A stretch of 51,209 bases of DNA from positions 89,261,023 through 89,312,231 of the forward strand of contig NC_068989.1 of assembly GCF_001194135.2 (NCBI RefSeq), given 5' to 3'. The notes under the pieces were generated by a model that saw only the letters and a list, made by a program, of their open reading frames with translations, was not told where the DNA came from and did no database searches. Numbering within the stretch: position 1 is the stretch's first letter; each line of letters begins with the position of its first letter. Position numbers and translations under genes: made by a program. Below, piece after piece: positions 36,908 to 49,476 of the stretch. Source of the stretch: Octopus bimaculoides (lineage: Eukaryota).

Positions 36908-38636
36908 AGAGTGCGAACGAACTCTGTCGACTCATGACGCGATGGTGTAATCTAACAGAAGCCATTAATCTAAGTTACAAGAGACATATGGAGCTCACAC
37001 AGGCAGACATATTCACGCGTCAAACATGGCCAAATGCCTTGTTGAAAATAAAGAGAAGTAACTACACTGATTTCATGAAATTTTTCGTAAGCGAGTGATC
37101 CTCTGGTGAGTGATATAGAATAGTAGGTCCCCAGTAGTTCTAGCTTTACGAAAATCATACAAGTTGCCGTTAAGGAGAGAGAGATTCACCGCTTTGGATA
37201 AGGTTTTAATCATCTTGCTGCAAGTGCACGGAGACTATAGATGGTAGGGGTCGAGAGGCTGGCTTTTTTTTATGTGAATCAGACACTGCAGCCTACTGCA
37301 AAAGATGGGGGTTACACTTCTTTATCTTTCGTCCTTCGAGGTGTATCTTAGCCGAGTTATATTCCTATAATCCATCTTCAATGTGAATGGAGGCATAGAA
37401 TTGTACTTGTCCGGCAGTAGACTTAATCTGAGCTCGCGTGTCAAAGAAGAGAATGAGGTATAAAGCAATGACGTCGCAGAAACCTTTGTAACTATCAAAA
37501 CCTACATGTTATTTTCACTAGGTATAATATTTATAATATACATTTACATCGAATCACAAAATATACAATGCGTATTTTTTTAATTGGTCCCACAATTACG
37601 ATAATGTAATTGTGAAAGACTCACATACCGCGTATTCGCGAAGTGCGGAATCCACCAGCCCTGATAATGCCCCCATCATTACCCATATTGTGCCAGATAT
37701 TAAAAAAAAAATTAACATAAACATTACTTTTGTCTATACCAATCTCTCTCTGGAAATATATTAATATTTAGCAGAAGCAGCAGAGGTGCGAGAGTTTTAT
37801 CAAATTAGTTTGTTAAGTGCCATGCACGAAACTTTCGACTCTTGATTCACTTTGTTGCTTTTGTTAAATATTAATAAAAATATATATATATTCATATTTG
37901 AGTGAAATAAAGATCAGAGATGCTTTGCCTCGTGCAGAAACAAGGAGCTACTCGGAGATTTTGCAAATTCTACTAAATCCATTTCCGTATCATCAACATA
38001 ATCACAGGGTTTGAGTGGGGCAGCAAGGACTGAACTAGTCTTCGCTTGGTTCCACTTGCGGTCTCTTCCCAATCACAACCACCAAATGTATCAGGAAGAA
38101 ATGTATTACTATCATCTCTGTGGTCTCTGGAAAACGGCTGTGATTGTGACTTCCGCAGGCTCTCTGAGAAACACAATAACAAAACAATCAACGAAGAAAA
38201 CAAGAGAAATAAAAAAGGCGGATTTATATAATATAAATATAATGAAACCGTAAACAACAGCCGGTTGAATGGAAGCGAGGAAAACAATGGTCGAATTTTA
38301 ATAAACGGAGCATATGGTCTCTTTAAATGTAAACAGCAGCAAGAGGAGGAGGAAGAGGAGAAAGAGGTAGCGGAGAGAGAGAGGCGTCGGTTGGGTTGGA
38401 ATGATGACTTCTCTACCATATGTTACATGAGCGGTTGTCTACGTAAGACTGAATATATATATATATCGCCTGTGTTGTGTGTTTATGATTGTGTATCCGT
38501 GTGTATACATTTGAATTAGTGAGTGTATGACTGTCTATGAGTATGTATGTCATGTGCGAGCCGATGTAATGGTGTGTATGTGTCCTTGAACGTGGTGTGT
38601 GTATATGAACGTCATGATGGAGATGTGTTTGTCGAA

Positions 38637-38800
38637 TTATACGTGTGTACATGAGTGTGTGTGTGTGTGTGTATTATACGCGTGTATGTTTGTTACAAGA
38701 GGGATGCTAATATGAGTTTATACGTGTGTACATGAGTGTGTGTGTGTGTATTATACGCGTGTATGTTTGTTAGAAGAGGGATGCTAATATGAGTTTATAC
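38637..38800. repeat. Tandem duplication, 81 + 77 bp
   Basis: 38637-38717 and 38718-38794 differ only in (GT)n length and two adjacent substitutions. Confidence 0.9.
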
Positions 38801-39536
38801 ATGTATGAATGTATCTGAATGTGTGCGTACAACACAGTGTTGGTATCGTGTATGTGTGCGTATGGGGGGGGGGGTATATGCCTGTAAGTTTATGTAATAT
38901 GGTACCACAACTATTGTTAATGGAAGCCACAACTCTTCTGGTCGTTCTACGCAAGAAGCATTAATACTGGTATTACTTGATCTCGTGGTTTGTTATATAA
39001 GAGACTATGTCATTCAGTGTAACTCTTATTAAAACTGCAGATTGTGATTTGTGAGAAGTTCAGCTGCTGTTTTTAGCAGATTGAGCGACCATATGTCAGC
39101 TCCCTTTTAAAAGATTATCAATGAACATTTCTCTTTTTCCCTATCTTCCCTATTTCGCTTTACACTTTATCTTTCGAGCAGAGGCCCCCAATCCAAATTG
39201 CCTGCTCTCCCTGGGAATGCAGGATTGCATTTCAAAGGATGTAACAAAGAGAAATAGTATAAACTTTATTAAAACCACTCTTCAGAATAAAATTATTAAC
39301 TTTGAAAAGAAAAAAGAAAAAAAAAAAATGCTCCATTAACTACTCAATTTGATTATTCCTCAGAACTATTGTAGTTTAATTTTTTTTAAATATTGAGAAA
39401 ATTAATTCTTGGATCTTTGACTGTTCTATTACTTTTGTAAAAATAAATCAAATATTTCCTCAGGGTCCTTGACATAGATAAAGTTGAGAAGCAATATTTT
39501 AGAGCAAATAGCTGATTTAGCTGGTTGCCTTTTGAG

Positions 39537-39708
39537 CAAGCATGGGCAAACTGTGGCCCGTGGGACTTTCTGAACAGCATGCCTAATTTCACATGGAAAA
39601 TAATGTTTGTTAAAATTTAGTTGATTTTTTTTTTTTAACAGTGTGGCCCACCTGTTGGTGAGCCATGTCTTATGTGGTCCACTTCTCATAAAGGGTTGCC
39701 CATGTCTG
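39537..39708. mobile_element. hAT-Charlie MITE (172 bp)
   Basis: TIRs caagcatgggcaa / cagacatgggcaa (11/13); 8-bp TSD cttttgag / ctttagag (7/8); ...aactgtggcccgtggg subterminal motif. Confidence 0.75.
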
Positions 39709-41096
39709 CTTTAGAGACTTTGAGTTTTGACTTAGTTGGGGAGAGTGACAGAAGATTTTCTTTTTGTTTTTGTTACATAATCTCTCTTTTACTCTGTTTC
39801 AGTCATTTGACTGTGGCCATGCTGGAGCACAGCCTTTAGTCTTCATCTTTTTGGGGCCCAAAGAATAGGCACCAATAAAAGCATTGGGGATCACTGTAAC
39901 CAACTATCCCCTTCCTTGCAAGATTTCAGGCCTTGTGACTTTAGAAGAAAAGGATTATTTTTGTTATAGTTAGATGCCTTGTGATATTTCTTCAAAGTCA
40001 CTATATTCTGAGTTCAAATCCCACCAAGGTTTATATGTGCACAAACAAGGGAGCCTCAAAACTGTCACATGACTTTCTTGAGGAAAGCACTTTATATCAC
40101 ATTGCTCTGCGATCATTTCCTCATCCCACATGTGGCACATGGTGCACCTGTACAGGTTATGTTGATTTAATGGAGGGAGTGAGCTTATGTGTACACAACC
40201 ATTTGATCCCTATAAACAAATTATCTGTGTGGTAGTTCGGCAAGAAACTGCCCAACCCTCGTACGTCGTCTAATGATGGGAGAGTTTATCATATATGACA
40301 GGCTTTTTTAAGTTTCTGTCTACCAAATCCACTCACAAGGCTTCATTTGGCCTGAGGCTATAGTAGAAGACACTTACCCAAGGTGCCACACAGTAGGACT
40401 GAACTTGGAACTATGTGGTTGCGAAGCAAGCTTCTTACCATGCAACAATGCCTAAGATTTTTTATAAACTTAGAGAACATGAAAGAATTTGTTTGTGAAA
40501 TGGATCTTGAAGCAAATAAAGCTAAAAATAATAACATGTAAATAATCGGTTAAAAGAAAAAAATCCTTTAGACGGAAAAAGACAAAAGAGGTCATTGACT
40601 ATTTCAATTGGAAGGGTTTTTGAATCTAATATTTATAGCTTTATTTGTATCAAAGTCCACCGTTCCAGTAAACAATAATTGTATCTTGTGACAGTGGACA
40701 ATATCATAGAATTGGAGACAAGTTTCTGATGAGGCACGACAGGTTTCAGTGAACTGATTTCAATCCTGAATGGAGAGTGATAAAAAAAAAAAAAAGGTTG
40801 ACCGCCACTAGGTAAAGTCATTAATAACAAACAATTTCCTACTAAAGAATTCTTTCAAAGTTTGGCCCAATGCCAGCAATCTCAAGGGGAGAGGGACAGA
40901 TGATGACATCAATTCAAGGGCTTGACCAGTATTTTGTTTTATCATCCCCGAAAAGATAAAAGGTAAAGTCTACTTTGCGTAGATTTGAACTCAGAATGTA
41001 AAGAGCTGAAATAAATGCAGCTAAGCATTTTGGCCAATAAACTAACAACTCCACCAGCTCATTACCTTAATTTCCTGCTAATATAATAAAAAAATT

Positions 41097-41489
41097 GCGT
41101 GTGTGGTAAGTAGCTTGCTTACTAACCACATGGTTCTGGGTTCAATCCTACTGCGTGGCATGTTGAGCAAGTGTCTTCTACTATAGCCTCGAGCTGACCA
41201 AAGCCTTATGAGTGGATTTGGTAGATGGAAACTGAAAGAAGCCTGTCATATATACATATATGTACGTATATGTATATGTTTGTGAGTCTGTGTTTGTCCC
41301 CCCAACATTGCTTGACAACCGATGGTGGTGTGTTTACGTCCCCGTAACTTAGCAGTCCGGCAAAAAGAGACCGATAGAATAAGTACTAGGCTTACAAAGA
41401 ATAAGTCCTGGGGTCATTTTGCTTGACTAAAGGCAGTGCTCCAGCATGGCCACAGTCAGATGGCTGAAACAAGTAAAGGAGTAAAAGAG
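41097..41489 (+). mobile_element. tRNA-derived SINE family B, full length, with an internal (TA/TG)n microsatellite
   Basis: Head gtgtggtaag...gggttcaatcc (A and B boxes) and tail cagcatggccacagtca...gaaacaagtaaa. Other copies at about 2755-3095, 5545-5840, 16118-16500, 21630-22060, 22990-23100, 29150-29310, 33180-33575, 40310-40450 (all -), and 31360-31530, 34545-34935 (+). Confidence 0.85.
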
Positions 41490-41822
41490 CATACCTAACC
41501 AAAAGCCAAACATATATAAACAACAGTGTAAAACATGTCAGGCCAAGTGAAATTGCTTGAGAGGACTCGTCAGACCAAGTGAAATTGTAGTCATGGACAG
41601 TACTTATTTATTTATTTATTTATGTGTCCTTTTAAAGCCTAGCCAGGCTTATGGGCCCGGTTTCTATAGCGTATGTGTTCTCCCCCAGCTGGACGGGATG
41701 CCAGTCCATCGCATCTTTACTCAAGAAACAGGAAGAAAGAGTGAGAGAAAGTTGGGGCGAAAGAGTTTTGGGATTTGGTTTGCAAGATTCTTTATGCAAG
41801 TTCGTGCGTTGTTGAAGCATAT

Positions 41823-41979
41823 TCTGTTGTGTCTGGGGAGAGTCACTGTCTTTTAGTGCCTTATAATTGAACACACTCACTGGCAAGTAAAAAAAAAAAA
41901 AGAAAGAAGTAGAAATTTTACTGGTGAGTGTTAAATTATAAGGCACTAAAAGAGAATGACTCTCCCCAGACACAACAGA
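41823..41979. repeat. Long near-perfect inverted repeat (about 55-60 bp arms)
   Basis: tctgttgtgtctggggagagtca.t.tcttttagtgccttataatt.aacac versus its reverse complement at 41917-41979. Confidence 0.9.
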
Positions 41980-41994
41980 GTATATATATAGATA

Positions 41995-42180
41995 CGTCCC
42001 GGCTATAATCTTGGAGCCCTGGTAATCCGTTACAGCACTTACCCATGGTTCTATAACTCCTGTCTCAGCTATAACCTTGGAGCCCTATATATCTGCTATA
42101 TTGGAAATCTACAATGGTTCCATAACTCCCGTCTTGGCTATAACCTTGGAGCCCTGGTGATCCGTTACAGCACTTACTCA
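41995..42180. repeat. 66-69 bp minisatellite with a constant block and variable spacers
   Basis: gctataa(t/c)cttggagccct at 42002, 42068 and 42137. Confidence 0.85.
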
Positions 42181-42576
42181 GTGTATCTAATTGGTTGGAT
42201 CACCTGTGAACTAAAAGCCCCATAAGAAATAATTAAGATTCAGTTGACTTAAGTACTTAAGTTGAAGCACCAAGCCAGTCCGGTATTATCCGCACAGCTT
42301 GAAGTAAGGTGAATAAAATCAAAATAAGGAACAGGATATCAAGTAGTGATGCAGAACAACGGTTTCAAGTGGCTCCATTTAATTGCACAATGCAGTCATT
42401 ACATCAATTTAAATACAGCTGCACAAAAAATATTTATATGGAATTTCAACAGGCAGGACACATTAATATAATTTTTCTAAAATATTTTAACAAAGTAAGA
42501 TGCGTATATATACATAAGACTGAATTTAATTGAGTTGTTACCTGTAAATTTGGATTTTTATCCCTAATATTATTAT

Positions 42577-42658
<82 letters not shown>

Positions 42659-42905
42659 CACACACACACACATATATACATATATACTCCTCCATGCTGG
42701 CATGGGTTGGACGGTGGCACGTAAAAAGCACCCACTACACTCTTGGAGTGGTTGGCATCAGGAAGGGCATCCAACTGTAGAATCTTTGCCAGATCAGATT
42801 GGAGCCTGGTGCATCCTCTGGCTCTCCAGACCCCAGTCAAACCGTCCAACCCATGCCAGCATGGAAAATAGATGTTAAATGATGATGATGATGACGACAC
42901 GTATA

Positions 42906-42941
<36 letters not shown>

Positions 42942-43058
42942 CACATACATATATATATACACACACACACATATATACACACGTATATATACACACATAC
43001 AAATACACATATATCTACACACATGTATATCATCATCATCATCATCATCGTTTAACGT

Positions 43059-43104
<46 letters not shown>

Positions 43105-43254
43105 ACACATCTATATACACATACATATATACTTATATATATATATATATATATATAGAGACATATATATATACACACAGACACACACATAGACACATAT
43201 TGTTTTATCAGTTTCAGCTCAAAGTTGTGGCCATGTCGGGGCACTGCCATTTTG

Positions 43255-44900
43255 CTACACTGTTATTACTGAGAGCCTCCTCCAATATGTGGCATTTGGT
43301 GAACAGGGGGGCTTGATGTCGCTACCCTCATTCAGGCCTCCTGCCGCAAGGTAGGTTCATCTGGGACTTCAGCAGGAAGAGATCCTGTTTTGATTTTAAA
43401 ACACATCCTCGTTGTGTATGTCCCTCAGGTTCTTTGGGAGAACATTAAAAAACTATGGGCCCCTGAAGCCCAGGCTGTTGCAGCAACTGGTCCTGAAACA
43501 ACAGCATTACTGGGATCTTAGGCACTGTGCAATGGCGACCTGTTCTGGCATTTGTGTGACTTTCAATGCCAAAATTTGGCACAATTCCTTCCAGACGTAT
43601 ATTACTGCATACCTCTCCCACCTTTGCTCCAAGGAGTAGAGTCTTAGCTGTTTCAGCCTTTTCCAATAGCTGAGCTGTTGCAATGAGACGATCTTTTTTG
43701 TGAAGCTTCGCTGGATTACTTCAAGGTCCGCTGTTAATTTTACATTGTGGGGTGACCATAGTTGGGAGCTGTAGTCCAGGCGGCTGAGGATGAATGTCCT
43801 CCAGAGGACCATTATGGTTTCCTTCTCTGGTTCTGAAGGTTCACAGGATCCAGCCAGCCAGCCAGTCAGCCATCTGCACTTTGTTGCCATCTTGGTAATG
43901 TGCACTTGGAAAGATGCATCATCACTCATGTCGATATCCAGGTCCCGCACTAATTTAGGTTCTGGGATTGTAATCCCCTGTGGGCCAGTGTAGCCTGTAA
44001 GTTTTACGTTTGGTTTTTGGCTTCTGGTAGTGCGGGGCTTGGAATTGTCCAGCATTAAACTCCCTATTATTGTCCTCAGCCCATCTGTAAATTGAATTCA
44101 ACTCCTGCTGCAGGTGTACATCGTTAGGGTTTTGTATTTTCTGCAAAACTTTCATATCGTCTGTGTCGCTAGCAACAGTGGCTATCCAGGCAGTGGAGGG
44201 CATATATGAGAGGGCCACTATGAAAAGCAGTGGTCCCAAGACAGTACCCTGCAGAACACCACTCACTATTTGTGTTTTCTTTAAAGTGGCTCCATTGGCT
44301 ACCACTGCCTGACCTCTGTCTTTCAGAAAGTCATGTAACCACTCTCCAAGTTTTCCAGCTATGCCGAGATCACGCAGTTTGTGGCATATCATGTCCACAT
44401 TCAAGTTGTTGAGTAACTACCTCAATACCAATCATTTGTCCAGATAGGGTCAGGTAGCTCCTACCTGGTCGAAAACCATGCTGGGTATCCCTCAGCAAGT
44501 TGTTTTCATTACCAACCTGGCTGAAACCAGCTCTGGCTCTGTAGTACAAATGTCTTTTTTCATAAGTTTTGAATTAAAATCTTCCATGAAACCTTAGTCA
44601 CAATTTATGTTCCTAACACCAGCTGAATGATAACTAAGTTATTTTACTAAATTCTTTGTTATATTTAAAATCAATTGAAAGAAACACAGAGCATCTCAAA
44701 ATAAATACAGTAACGAAAGGGTTAAAGGAATGTGATTAGTTTCCCTCTGACTATCCATTGCATGACTTTGCTGATGTGTGAAGTCAGAGAGATAGGCCTA
44801 TACTTTTTGGCATCTGCTCTGCTTCCTCCTTTATGGATTGGGAATATTATTCCCTCCTTCAGTTTGCCTGGCAGCTTGTCCCAAGTTCTTCATTGGTATT
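43255..44900 (-). mobile_element. CR1/Jockey-superfamily LINE, RT domain to 3' end, interrupted by a MITE
   Basis: KEGIIFPIHKGGSRADAKKYRPISLTSHISKV (44730-44860); DTQHGFRPGRS; SGVLQGTVLGPLLF; DTDD in place of YADD; SRLDYSSQLWSP; LYSLEQRWERY; many frameshifts. Confidence 0.9.
44502..44721. mobile_element. piggyBac-like MITE family 1, second copy inserted in a LINE RT
   Basis: Reverse-complement homolog of 22103-22322; ends gtaacgaaaggg|TTAA; LINE RT coding sequence continues on both sides. Confidence 0.75.
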
Positions 44901-44914
44901 TTGATATCATTTCA

Positions 44915-45220
44915 GGCGGTTTAGTACTTAGTGTATCTGGCTCACAATTGTTAGGCCGTGAGTTCGATTCCTGACAACGTGTTGTGTCCTTGAGCAAGAC
45001 ACTTTATTTCGCGTTACTCCACTCAACTCAGCTGGCAAAAATGAGTTGTACCTGTAATTCAAAAGGGCCAGCCTTGTCACATTCAGTGTTATGCTGAATC
45101 TCCCTGAGAACTACTTTAAGGGTACGAGTGTCTGTGGAGCGCTCAGCCACTTGCATGTTAATTACACAAGAAGGCTTTACTGTTGATTGGATCAATGGGA
45201 ACCTTCATCGTCGTAACCGA
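44915..45220 (+). mobile_element. SINE family D, second copy
   Basis: Reverse complement aligns along about 300 bp with 27659-27971. Confidence 0.8.
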
Positions 45221-47140
45221 TAATTACTTTTTCTCAAATTACAAAATTTCCTTTTTTTTTTCACTATATTTCAAACTTTTTGAAAAATGTTCAATATTTT
45301 TCACCTTTTACAGTTTTAAAGTTTTGTCTTAATGGCAATTATTTTTTAACTGTAAAAAAAAAATTGTCTATGAAAAGTGTGATTTGGCAGAGAAAATGTG
45401 GGTAGAGGTGTGAAAGTATTCCGAATTAAGTGAACCTGGAAAACTCCAAAATGCGGAAGCTTGGAAATGTTGATGAGGTTGGAATTGAGGTTAAAAAAAC
45501 AATATGGTGCTTTAAGTTTGATTGGAATATAACCCCCTCTTTAGATTCTAATTTCTCCATGAAGAAAATTCTATATGCAACTTCTTTCGTCTATTCTATA
45601 TCTATACACACACATACACAATCATCATCATTTAATGTCCGTTGTCCATGCTGGCATGGGTTGGACAAAGTTGGACAATATGTGTGTGAGTAGATTGTTT
45701 GAAGTGGTGTACAAATTTTCTATTAAGATTTTTATATATTTTATAAGATTTAAAAAAATATATTCTGAGAGCTTGAATATACATATACGTACACATACAC
45801 ACTGATATAGGCATACACACATGTATTTCCACACATACATTTACTCACGACCATATATATACACACACAAACTCACATTCTTCATACAATCAAGACTGGT
45901 ATATGATGAAAAGACTGAAGCTTTGAACAAATGAATGAATGAAGACAAACAAAAAAACACTACTGTTACTACATGGACGGGAAACAGTTCCCTGTGTAAT
46001 TCGAACACATATGCCAGCATGTTTATTCAAATTCTCACAAACCTACTGAGAATATACGGTTTGAGTGATTTAATTGATACATCCCACATTCACACACATT
46101 ATGACTACAATCAGTGAAACAATTCTTCCAGACTCAAAATATGTTACCAACTCTACATGAAAACAAACAGAAGGAAGATTTCAGTTTACAAATGAAGTGA
46201 TTGTTGAGAAAAAGAAATAAAGAACCAAAAAATGAAACTAAAACACCCGAAGTAATCGATTTTCTACGATTTATAACCGCCTCCGCAATATCATCTTTTT
46301 ACTGCCTGAAGTAATGAAAGAGAGAGAGAGAGAGAAAGATAGATAGAAGAGGGAGGGAGACTGTGTATGTACATAACGTAGATGAAACTATGGTCCATCG
46401 AGAATGACGAGATATAACCACCAAATCTACCTAAAATCACAACCTACTGCCTTACAATTAAAAAGACATAACGAAAGGAAGGATACATTGGTTGATGTAG
46501 TCCTAGATAAATTATGTATGAAGAAAAAACAAAAGCTGCGTGTTAACAGCTGGAACGTCTATGGTTTACTAAACCAAGACCGACCGGGGCCTTAAACAGC
46601 AATTAAAAGCTGTGTGGTCTTTCTTTGCCACATTTGATGCCGAATCAATGTGCGATTCATATATGCAGCCACTTGGCCTATTAGAAACAGCAGTCAAATC
46701 ACCCTCAAATACCACCTGTCGTATTAAAAAAATGTAGGAACATATTGGTTATTGGTAGTCGCTACATACACTAGACCTGAAAATACAAATGAAATAAAAC
46801 AAAGACGAGATTACAGTTAGAACGTCTGATCGTTGGTTTACTGGATCAGTGATGACTAGGGACTAAAACAATAACAATCAATCATAGAGGGTGATTGTCT
46901 TGGTTTATATAATACACTAGCTAAAGACTTGCTAGTGTCCCTAACCAGTTTTAAGGAGACACACACATACATATAAATAGGCCCATATGAACATGGGTCC
47001 TCACACGAAATCATACAATAGATTGATGGCAACGGGTAATATTTATTATATATAGTTATTTAATTCCTGATCTCCCTTAATTCTCTATCTTTCACTGTAT
47101 CTCGCTTTCAACCTTTATACACACAAACATGTGCAAGTCT

Positions 47141-47172
<32 letters not shown>

Positions 47173-47288
47173 GAATATTACTGTTTGTGTGTAGGGAATA
47201 TATGTACATATGGTTCTGTGAGGTAATGTGAAAGTAAGGGTATATTAATGTGCGCTTTGATCGAGCTCTCCCGGGAGGTCTAACTTAC

Positions 47289-47560
47289 ATAAACAACGAC
47301 ACAAAACACACGAACTTGTAAAACAAAAAAATGGTCCATAAGAAATATTCAGTTACCCGTCTTTCAGTAGATTCTGATTTCTGACTTCGCACTTTCCTTT
47401 CCAATTCTTCGTAACACTCTTTCACCCTCGAACTCTTCTGCCTTTTTTTGTTGGTGTTCAATGTTTTCGTCACCTTCGATCAGTGTCGAAAGCTTCAATC
47501 GAACTGCAACGACGACAGGCGACGATTTTCCTTATAAACAGCAGATTTCGTCTTCCCCAA
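47289..47560 (-). other. Candidate non-coding first exon of a minus-strand gene (possibly CYB561)
   Basis: CpG-rich unique sequence ending in a consensus donor TTTAT|gtaagt (47288), downstream on the minus strand of a long GA-rich tract (47560-48000). The start coordinate is approximate. Confidence 0.45.
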
Positions 47561-48000
47561 TCTTCTCCCCTACATTAACTCTCTCTCGTTCTCATACATT
47601 GTGCCCTTCTCTCTCTCTCTCTCTTAGATTCATTGTTTATTCTATCTATTTCTACGCTACCTCTCTGTCTGTCTCTTCCTTTTCCTCTGCAACTGTCTCA
47701 CTCGCTTTCTCCTCCCACTCTCGGCTACCGCTGTCTCTTTTCTCTCCTACTCTCTCTCTTACTGTTACTTCAACCCTCGATATTTCCTTTTCATTCTCTC
47801 CTCGGTGAAAGGATTTTTTTTTCTCCTATTGTTTTCTTTTTTTCTTATCTCGCTAAACACAAGCTTTTCTTCTTCTATTTCTCTTCCTTCTTTCTGTCAT
47901 CCTTTGGTCCTTCATTTCAACCACACACACTCTCTCCCCCCCTTTCTCCCTTAAACCTTCTCTATTTCTTCATCTTCCGCTTTCTCTCTCTCCTTATCGC
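47560..48000. repeat. Polypyrimidine (CT-rich) tract
   Basis: About 440 bp strongly enriched in C/T on the plus strand. Confidence 0.85.
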
Positions 48001-48061
48001 AAACACCTTGCAATGTCTCTGCCCCTTATATTCGAAGTTTTATTTGGTGGTCAAAGTGTTG

Positions 48062-48295
48062 ATTACGAATAAGTTCACCGCCGTCAGTTCATCGCAGGAG
48101 AGTTCACCACCATCAGTTCACTGCGAGGAAAGTTTACCGAGAAAGCACATCCGTAGTATCTCACCATTAATAAGTGAAAAGTATTTTATTAAAAAACAAA
48201 ACTCAGAAAAATTGAAGTTAAAAAATTATGTCAAAGAATTCGTACGGTGAACTTTCCCTGCGATGAATTGATGACGGTGGACTTACCGGACATAG
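48062..48295. mobile_element. Mutator-like MITE with long TIRs built of sub-repeats
   Basis: About 39-bp TIRs (aagttcaccgccgtcagttcatcgcaggagagttcacc versus reverse complement aagtccaccgtcatcaattcatcgcagggaaagttcacc); 9-bp direct repeat AAAGTGTTG at 48053-48061 and 48296-48304. Confidence 0.65.
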
Positions 48296-48521
48296 AAAGT
48301 GTTGGGCGCTGAAGAATAAAGCAAAGAGCTAACGGGGCACTGAAACTGGTTCCAAAATATGGATCCATCGTCTATATTGAGATATTCGATTAAATTAACC
48401 GAAATAGCTTGTCATGCAATTTAATCCTACTTTCGATCAACTGTCTCCATGATACAAAATATTTTAGGTTCAGATTTCCTTTTCACAGTTTTAGTGTGTA
48501 TGTACACACATACATGCATGT

Positions 48522-48590
<69 letters not shown>

Positions 48591-49341
48591 TACACACACA
48601 CACGTAGGTTGTTCTGAAAGTAATGCAAAAGAGAGCATAATCGTTTCTTTGTATTAACTGAGAAATCGGTCAATTTTCACACGTTGGTCGAGTAACCCTA
48701 CCTTCGTAGCAGCTCTTGTTTTCCCTCATTGTTCATANNNNNNNNNNNNNNNNNNNNNNNNNNNNNNNNNNNNNNNNNNNNNNNNNNNNNNNNNNNNNNN
48801 NNNNNNNNNNNNNNNNNNNNNNNNNNNNNNNNNNNNNNNNNNNNNNNNNNNNNNNNNNNNNNNNNNNNNNNNNNNNNNNNNNNNNNNNNNNNNNNNNNNN
48901 NNNNNNNNNNNNNNNNNNNNNNNNNNNNNNNNNNNNNNNNNNNNNNNNNNNNNNNNNNNNNNNNNNNNNNNNNNNNNNNNNNNNNNNNNNNNNNNNNNNN
49001 NNNNNNNNNNNNNNNNNNNNNNNNNNNNNNNNNNNNNNNNNNNNNNNNNNNNNNNNNNNNNNNNNNNNNNNNNNNNNNNNNNNNNNNNNNNNNNNNNNNN
49101 NNNNNNNNNNNNNNNNNNNNNNNNNNNNNNNNNNNNNNNNNNNNNNNNNNNNNNNNNNNNNNNNNNNNNNNNNNNNNNNNNNNNNNNNNNNNNNNNNNNN
49201 NNNNNNNNNNNNNNNNNNNNNNNNNNNNNNNNNNNNNNNNNNNNNNNNNNNNNNNNNNNNNNNNNNNNNNNNNNNNNNNNNNNNNNNNNNNNNNNNNNNN
49301 NNNNNNNNNNNNNNNNNNNNNNNNNNNNNNNNNNNNNNNNN

Positions 49342-49400
<59 letters not shown>

Positions 49401-49476
49401 CCCTCCCTCTCTCTCTCTTTCTCTCTCTCTCTCTGTCCTATCATGACTCCCCACAGCGATATCAAATAGCTCATTT

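Noticed and set aside
36900-37090. Non-repetitive open frame (ANELCRLMTRWCNL...FMKFF) ending at a gtaagc donor
   Set aside because: No acceptor or start codon outside the TG microsatellite, and no family resemblance
40726-40760. CTGATGAG hammerhead-core start (also CTGATGAAGGG at 15309)
   Set aside because: No downstream stem II closing onto GAAA and no stem I/III pairing
41097-41170. tRNA gene calls for the A-box/B-box segments
   Set aside because: They continue into shared SINE bodies in many copies and do not form a full cloverleaf
41995-42180. CRISPR array call
   Set aside because: Eukaryotic context, no cas genes, only 2.5 units, 42-bp repeat with a re-used spacer; kept only as a minisatellite finding
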